DNA of 64,000 bases from Amoebidium appalachense (lineage: Eukaryota; Protista; Ichthyosporea). The notes beneath the pieces are model-generated. The model worked only from the letters and a program-made list of their open reading frames with translations. It did not search any database and was not told the DNA's origin. Every line of letters begins with the position of its first letter. Within the stretch, counting starts at the first letter, position 1. Shown here one piece after another: positions 56,327 through 64,000 of the stretch. Both the position numbers and the translations under genes were made by a program. The stretch spans positions 17,107,840 to 17,171,839 of the forward strand of contig CAVNZM010000001.1 of assembly GCA_963693365.1 (NCBI GenBank), written 5' to 3'.

Positions 56327-57188
56327 AGGGCAGTGTTGATGGTGCGGGGGAAGGGGAGGGGGGTCTGACATGGATTCCTGTTTTGTTGCTGTTTCTGCCA
56401 TGCATCCATTGATTGTTTCTTCTACCTAATGCTTTGAAGGGTGTGCTACTCTATCTATTCACGAACTGATCCAAATTGAAAATATGTAATTCGATCAGAT
56501 CGAATCTAATCGATTTCGTCCTGCACCCAGGCTACCCCCCAGCCCGCATCAGCACGGGGACGTGGCCGTAAAGCAGCCAAAATCGAACCACAGCCCACAG
56601 ATGCGACAGACAATATCCCCTCCCAGCCTACCCCCACCCCTACTATCACCGAGACAAACGAGACGAAGGTGGAAGGGGATGGAAAGGAGGAGAAGGTGCA
56701 AGACAAAGAGAAGGGGGCTGGGGTACGGGGACGCAAGCGCAAGCACCAGGAAGAGGGGGGGAGGGTGAAGCCAAGGTGGAGGTGGCGGTGGAGGCAAGCG
56801 AGCGCAGGTGTGTATGAGGGTTGGAGGTGGTGCGTGTGTGTATATGTGTGTGTGTGTGCTGGACAGGGGGGGTGGGGGGGTAGAATGGGACTTGTAGTTC
56901 TCATCTTTTTTCTGCTCTTGTTCGTGGAGGAGAGGGGGTAGGGATAGAAAGTTAGTGCCAAACTTTAAGCGGCGCAACGTGTTGACTCCCCCCCCACCCC
57001 CCACCCACCCACCCCACCCCCTTTCCGCCTTCTTTCTTCTGTACGCGCACGCACACACCACACACACACACACACAGGGGCCGCAGCACACAGGCCTCCG
57101 AGCAGACCGAGCCCACGCCCCGGCCCAAGGCCAATGCCACACGGGGCCGCCGCGCTGCAAAGGACACCTCCCAGGAATCGTACGTGCC

Positions 57189-57231
<43 letters not shown>

Positions 57232-57360
57232 CACACACACACACACACCACCACCACCACCACCGAGTTATGATTTCGAGAGAAGAAAATTACGAGGAGA
57301 TGAAACTTAAGAAAAGCACATAGGCAAGGGGTGTCTGATGTTTTTGGGTGCAAGGCCAGA

Positions 57361-57393
<33 letters not shown>

Positions 57394-59923
57394 TTTTTTT
57401 TTTTTATACGCCACACACCCATGTACATGCATGTTATGGACATCTGCACGCAAATACTTATCAAACAGACTCAGGGCTGAACCTAACCTTATATCTTTTA
57501 CACCACCACCCCCATCCCCCCACCCCACCCCCACCCCCGGGGCATGCGCGCGCACACACACACTTTCTCTCTCTTTCTCTCTCACCCACCTATGCCCTTC
57601 CTTTTCTTCCTCCTCCACATTCCCGTACAGGACCGAGCAAGTCCCTACCTCTACCCCGGCAGTTGAGACCCCCCGTGCCGAAATTTCATCAGATGCACCC
57701 ACTGTGATTCCGACCACCACCGAGGTGTCTGCCCAAGTCGAGGAGGTCAAACCGGAGGCGGTGTTCACAACAAAGGGGCGCAGGTGTGTGTGTGGGGGGG
57801 GGGAGGGGGAGGGGGGGGGGGGGGGGGGGGGGGGCATGTGACTTCCCCTGGGGCCTTTCTTAAGTGCTATGTAACCCACCGTTGAGCTATTTCTCTTTCC
57901 CTTTTGGATGTGGTTGAGCATGTGTGCGCCATGTATGGGTGTTTGTGTGAGTTATGGCGGTGAAGTAAGAAAATAAATTTGGTAGGTACAGTAGGCAAAG
58001 AATAGAAGCACGCTCAGAGATGTTTTTGCTCCCTCGACTGTCTTAGTCTTTTGTTCCCGTGCAAGTTTTATTCTTCCCCATTTCTGTATTGTCACTCGCT
58101 CACACTTGAACACACACACACACACACAGCGGCCGCAGCACACAGGCCTCCGAGCAGATCGAGCCCACCCCTCGGCCCAAGGCCAAGGCCACACGTGGCC
58201 GCCGTGCCGCAAAGGACACCCCCCAGGAGTTGTACGTGCCCGCCCCCCCTCCCTCCTCCCCCCCCCCCCCCGCCCACCAACACATCCACGTATCCACGCA
58301 CCCACACACCAAATGAAGAAGGGGAGGGGGGAAGTTCGAACCAAAGAAAACGAAGGCACACGCACACCACACCACGCCACCTCACCCCTGCCCGTTGACA
58401 TGTTATGTAGTGCATGAGTTCATGCATACGCCATCATGTGACAGCTGCACCCATAGTACCACCAAGTCTAACCCCCCCCCCCCCCCCCCCCCCCTCCCCC
58501 AAACACACACACACACACAAAACCATCACCACCCACCCAAAAACCGAACCACAACCCGCGCGTGCATGCACACACACACTACCCCCTCCCCCTGTCCTCC
58601 TTCTCTCTACAGAACCGAGACGGCTCCTACCGTTGTCCCCACCCCGGACATTTCCACCAAGGCACCCACCACTACCCCACCTGCCGAGGCCACCCCCACC
58701 CCAGCCACACAGACCCCCGTCGAACCCCTTGCAAAGAAAGCCGCGAGAGGGCGCAAATCCGCAAAGAAAGAGGTCGATGAAACCCCTCAACCGGCCCCAG
58801 TGGAAGCGGAACAGCCCCAGCAGGTTGAAATTGCGGCACCTGTCGTTGCAGTGGAACCCCCTGCTGCCAAGGGCAAGCCTGGCCGCAAGGGACGCGCAGC
58901 CGCAGTGGAAACCCCCTCGGTAGCCGATATTGGCCGGACAGAGACTTTCCAGGTGGAAAAAGACAAAGCACCCAAGCCCCGTGGCCGTGGTCGTGGTCGT
59001 GCGGCCGCAAAGGTTGAGGCAATTGTTCCGGAGGAGCCTTTGGTGCAAATTCAGACCGAAGCAGAGAAAAATCCCCCCGAGACCCAGGCGGAAAGCACAA
59101 AGGAGGTGGACGTTGTGGCCAAGAAGGGTGGTCGTGGGCGTGCCGCAGCAAAGAATGCCAAGCAGGCGGTTGAAAATGCAACCCCGGTGGAAACGGAAAT
59201 TTCTGTCGAAGCACCCAAAGCCGTCGCCAAGGGCCGTGGGCGCAAGGTCAAAAGCCCCCTCGAGAGTGAAATTTCGAACCATGTTACAACTGCGGCTGCT
59301 GCCGTGGAGGTGGAAGGGGACAAGGATGCAGAGGTGAAGGAGGAGACGGGTGGTAGGGGCCGGAGAGGAAAGGCAAAGACGGTGGTGGTGGTTGAGGAGC
59401 CTCCCAAGAAGAGAGCACGCAGGTTGGTGTCAGTGAATTTAACGTAGAGATGGGGGGTCTATGTAAATTGAGGATATTTAGTGGGCAGGGACGGGGTTGG
59501 TGAAGAGATTGGGTGGGGTGGGGGGGGGGGGGGGTCTTTTTACTTTATATGACCCAGTGGTGTGGCTGGCAGTAGGTGAATTTGTTTTTTGTTTTTTTTG
59601 TTTGTTGACTTGGGGGGGGGGGGGGGGGGGGGGGGGTCACGACGAGAAAATCAGCTTATACTGGTATGGCCTGCCCTTTTTGCTAAACAGACCTACTCGC
59701 TGTAGATTTTTATGTTATTTTCGTCGTTGTAATTGAGAGTGAAGTACAGACAGCTCAGAGGGGATATGTTCTTCGCTTTGACTAACTGTGGGTGTTTGTG
59801 TGGTGCAGGGGTGCAGCAGCCACAGACAAGGAGAATGAAGAGGTGCCCAGTACGGGCCGTAAGGTGACCATTGTCGAAACAAATGAGCAGCACACAAACA
59901 AGCGCAAGGCTACATCGGGTATC

Positions 59924-60015
<92 letters not shown>

Positions 60016-60429
60016 CCTCGTCCCTTTCTCCTCTCATTCTCACTCCCATTCACCCTCTTTCTCTTTTCACTTTCACTTTTCCTTTTCCCATATCCCCTTC
60101 CTCTGCATCCCCTCCTTCCCCCTCCCCCCCCCCCCCCTGGAGAAGCGGGATGAAACACTCATTATGGTAAAGTAAAAGTCGGTAGATCTTCCAAAAGAGG
60201 GCAACTGAAAAACATAGCAAATGATTACCATCCACATGCCGCTACTGCATGTTACATGTAAGTAGATGATATATTGGTAAGGCCCTTCCGTTTCCATCGG
60301 GCATGGCTGTTCTTTCCATGTTGGCAATCAAATGTTCCAATAGACCTTGCACATGACTAGTGCTATGTGAAACACTGTGCTGACTGGTATCCTCCTGCTA
60401 CGTGTGTGTGTGTGTGTGTGTGTGTGTGC

Positions 60430-60469
<40 letters not shown>

Positions 60470-60591
60470 GCAAGAGCACACGGCCAGCCAAGCAGCTGCG
60501 CATTGACGAGGGGGCCAACATTGTGGTGCCCGTCACCCCACACGTCAAGAGGATGAGTGCCCGCCAAAAGTCCATGCACTGCGTCAACTAA
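47002..60591 (+). CDS. Ki-67-like protein: FHA domain, PP1-binding module, acidic stretch, TPxR/WH2-like repeat array, basic RGR-rich tail; more than 20 exons
   Basis: Exons 47002-47087, 47599-47680 and 48348-48470 encode an FHA domain: MNSRGKVVVLLRNKEGLSFDIKTDVTIGRHEDNTIRVQCPEAKEHHCRL...QTNVNGKPVTGRLRLKNGDVFGIGLREFRFD. Exon 51609-51743 encodes KKVVFGPPLSPEEFDKHLPPDTPIKRGE. Repeats span 53141-55650. The protein ends SMHCVN* at 60591. One apparent homopolymer frameshift at G7 56755-56761. Confidence 0.8.
51049..51147. repeat. Intronic 50-bp tandem duplication
   Basis: attaagaccatgtctgccgtgggaacaatccaatcagttct(t/g)gcgtatg occurs twice. Confidence 0.9.
53865..54578 (+). repeat. Coding 63-bp (21-aa) tandem repeat, 11 full units plus a partial unit
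   Basis: L(Q/A)TP(V/L)REEI(Q/K)(K/A)GV(E/T)L(K/R)(E/Q)TKKK, with many synonymous differences between units. Confidence 0.95.
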
Positions 60592-63044
60592 CAACGCTGC
60601 TCACACTTCTCCCTGTTTTGAGGTGACTTCCCCCCCCCCCCCCCCCCCCCCCCCTCCCTGCACGCAACACACATACACACAAACACAAAGCCAATCAGTA
60701 TAAGAGATATGAATGTGGTTCTTTATGTGGATAATTTGTCGTACATGTACTCATAGATTGGGTGGCCTGGTGATGGGCAAATGTGGGTCTTTTTCTCTAA
60801 GACTCTGTAGATGTGCACGATGATGGGCTTTGGCTAGCTGTGGATGCTGCATGTGCTCAAAATATTGAGATCTCCTGCTGATTTATGTTTTTTGCTTTGT
60901 GCAGGTTGCTGGACGTCGACCTGGTTTCAGTGATTGTCATCATTCGGCCAGGAAACATGATGCGTGCGACTCATATATTTCGATTGTCGAGTAGAGCTAG
61001 ATTATAATCATATATCTTGCTGCATGGGTAGCATGAATAGCTGAGCCGGTGCGATCTGTGACGTGTTTATTTGTTACAGCCGTAATATCCGATTGATGTT
61101 TCGTCTAAGTGCAATCATTATGGTGCTTTCTACGATATTGTTTGGTCATGCTTTGATAGTTGTCGCTGCTCGAGGCCGTGGGTATTCTTGGGCAGGGTCT
61201 GTATAAGTAGCCAGGGTTCCAAGTTGTATTACTATTTCTTCCACGCCACATCGCAAGTCAGTGTTTTCAACACTCGGATATCAACAATGCACAAGTATTG
61301 TTTTTGGATATACTCTGTCGGTTCTCTATAGCACACTGGCAAACCCAATCAATGTGATTTCTCATGACATGACTTGGGTTTCTCGTGGCTGTGCCAGAGA
61401 ATGTTTTTATTAAATTTGCTAAATTTAATGGAACACTGACCTGTCGGCCAGGTGTCAATACTTCAGTCTGTCACAGGTGACCTCGTTTCTGTGGGCCACC
61501 GCTACAATTAGCAATATATGTACTGTAAAGCATCATCACCTGTAATCAACGACATTGCCGATGACAAACTGGCATTCCGCCACACACAGTGGTACCACTG
61601 TGGTGGCCACGGGGGCCGGGCTACCGTAGGCTATGTACATACCACAGTCACACCAGTCTGCCAGTAAGAGCTCGATCGCGAGCCGTCAATATTTTGAGTG
61701 AGACCTGCTATAATAAATATTGTAGACTGATATGTAGGCCTGACTAACATTATCACGTGCACGGCTAACACTAAACCTTGTGACTAAGAAGCTTGAGGCA
61801 TTCGTGGATTTCGATATATATCTGTGCTCCCGACGTTATTCATGCATGCAACTATAGATAGGGGGCGTCGTACTTGAATGCCATTTCTCACAATAACGCA
61901 AGTGTAACGGTGACGTCAGAGGTGCGATCGCTGCGTTCGTCCGCATGCGCCAGCGCGGGCCAATGCGCAGCGCGCCCCGCACAATTTGTACTCGTACACG
62001 TGTGGTGGCTGTATTTATGCTTTTGTGTTGAGATTTGCACTATATGAACAACAATACGCTTTATTTGTTGAATATGTTGTCTTATGAAAGAAAGTAAACC
62101 TAACTGGGCTCTTCTGTTGGAAAGATAATAGTGTGATGAGAATGGAATAGTGAGCTTCGAAGTTCATGAAAAGGAATGCTTTTAAATCACGGACCAATGA
62201 TCTGGTTGTGAGGCACCGGAATTTCGGGAAACCAATCATTCGTCGTTTTGGAATCCCAAGCCCATCGTGGTTGGCTAGAATTATCGGTGTGGAATGCGGC
62301 GACCTGCCGCCTGGGAGGCTGGGCAGAGCGTACGGAGTGTGTCTACAATATTATCACAAGGACACAATGAATATATGACGACAAAATTTCCATTAATCTG
62401 ATATTATATGTTTACATCAATGTATGTAATAGTGCACAGTGTCGTTATGAGAGCGGGAATAGCAAAGGCGTCCGTATTGTCGAAGGTGCCGATCGATCAA
62501 AGAAAACTTCAACTTTTCAAATGCTCCTATGCCACTAAATTCGGCCAATCAAAAATCACGCGCGCTCATTCCATGTCACCGATGGTGCATTCTTATCCAA
62601 TCACAATTCGTATGGCTACCATGGCTTACATTCCATCGCTATTTATAAATATGAGCGAGTCGCTCTGATGCCCACAGTTCTGTTTACAGCGACCGGACCT
62701 AAACGTTCACGTTCGTCATCACTTTAGTGGTGAGACACATTTTATCAAAACTTATAATCAGTAAAGGACTATTCTATACACAACTTCCAAAAATTGCGTG
62801 AGCCTACAGACAGGCTGATACGTAATAATAACAATTCGAGTTCCTGCATTTGGATAGACGCACAGAGCCGGGCACCTGTTATCATTAGAGAGGTGCCTTT
62901 AAAATTGTATAAACAACATATCCACCTATTCCTGCCGTCAGTGTTATACCTGATATAGCAGCGTGTACATGCTCCTAAATACATGAATTGAAACAAGAGC
63001 ACAACCACTAGCTGCGAGGGTTGGGGTCCCACGCACCATTCAAC

Positions 63045-64000
63045 ATGGCAAGCAAGTCACTCTCAGCCGTATTGCTGTGTGTTGCGCTCAGTACACAGAC
63101 TGATGCCAACGCCATAAGGCGAAGGTCGCCCAAGATTATAAACTTTGGGATGGACCATGGCCAAGGGGTTATGAGTCACATGCAAAGAACATTTGGTAAG
63201 GAAGGGTCGTCAAAAGGTCCTAAGATTATCCCGGGAGAATACATTATTAAAGTCGACTCCACGTCAAGCAAGAATGGGGCGTTTGGGGCGTTGGAAAATG
63301 TAGAACAATTTTTTACGTTGAATGCACGAACAGCAGGAGAAGCACCGCCGGGAGAAGTAGTCAAGGTAAGAGCCATAAAAATTATTCCCACTCTCCTTTT
63401 CTCTTCGCTTGCACAACTCTTCCTTCCTTGCCAAACAGATGTATCTCACATGCAAAACAAAGCCAGATCTGGAATGTAGGATTTGTTATAAACAGTTGAC
63501 ATGCTCAAATGCCGTATTTACTTCATACACAAAACGTGGAATAGTAGAAAAGTGATATCTGTGTAGGTCCGGTATAAATTACGCATTATGTCGAAAACAC
63601 ATGTTACACTACACTGTCAATGAATGGCATCGGTCATAGCCCACCAAAATACATCAAATACATTTAGCTCACCAGTTCACCACCTGCAGGTGTACACAGG
63701 GATGAACGCCGTTCATGCGCGCATGAACGACTCAGCATTAGACAAATTGGCAGAAAACCCTGCTGTTGCATACATTGAGCCAGTGCAGCGATTCGAGGCC
63801 CTGTACGCATGGGGTGTCGACCGCGCAAATCAACGAACGTTGCCGCTTGATGAAAACGTGGACCTGCCGGCTGATGGGAGCAACGTCGATGTATACGTAT
63901 GTGTCACTTTTATATCCCTCTGCAAATAGTCGTTCTAGTGCATTGTGTCGGGGCTCTTGCATGATCCCTTCCATTGCTCAGCCCCATCCGCCATCCCCCG
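63045..64000 (+). CDS. Secreted subtilisin-like S8 protease (proteinase K-like) with I9 propeptide; truncated by the window end
   Basis: Signal peptide MASKSLSAVLLCVALS. Exon 63045-63365 contains IIPGEYIIKV. Exon 63690-63896 encodes LAENPAVAYIEP...AWGVDRANQRTLPLD...DGSNVDVY, followed by a gtatgt donor. Confidence 0.88.

Noticed and set aside
60623-60904. Possible 3' UTR intron after the Ki-67-like stop
   Set aside because: Donor-like and acceptor-like sites are present, but there is no frame constraint to support them without transcript data.

Overview
Eukaryotic, intron-rich nuclear DNA. The introns are full of poly-C/poly-G runs and (CA)n/(GT)n microsatellites, so most ORFs in the supplied track are low-complexity artefacts. 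Reading exons by hand gives, in order: a secreted, probably GPI-anchored Agd3/CE18-like polysaccharide deacetylase (-); a class I SAM methyltransferase (-); a mitochondrial-type peptide deformylase (+); tRNA-Asn(GTT) (+); a multi-exon Dada-type DDE transposase with an embedded DEDDy 3'-5' exonuclease (-); a 67K-type SppA signal peptide peptidase (-); a large Ki-67-like gene (+); and the start of a proteinase K-like subtilisin (+, truncated). The Ki-67-like gene is the standout. It has an N-terminal Ki-67-type FHA domain and a SILK-like/RVxF/KiR-SLiM PP1-docking module. It also has about 22 repeats of roughly 21 aa, nearly all combining a CDK consensus site (TPxR) with a WH2-like actin-binding signature, and it sits behind a G2/M-type promoter (AACGG x4, CCAAT, CHR). 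The gene mix suggests a non-animal opisthokont, possibly a unicellular holozoan; this is inference only. Several single-base frameshifts fall in homopolymers and are probably assembly errors. All family assignments come from motif recognition from memory; no searches were run.
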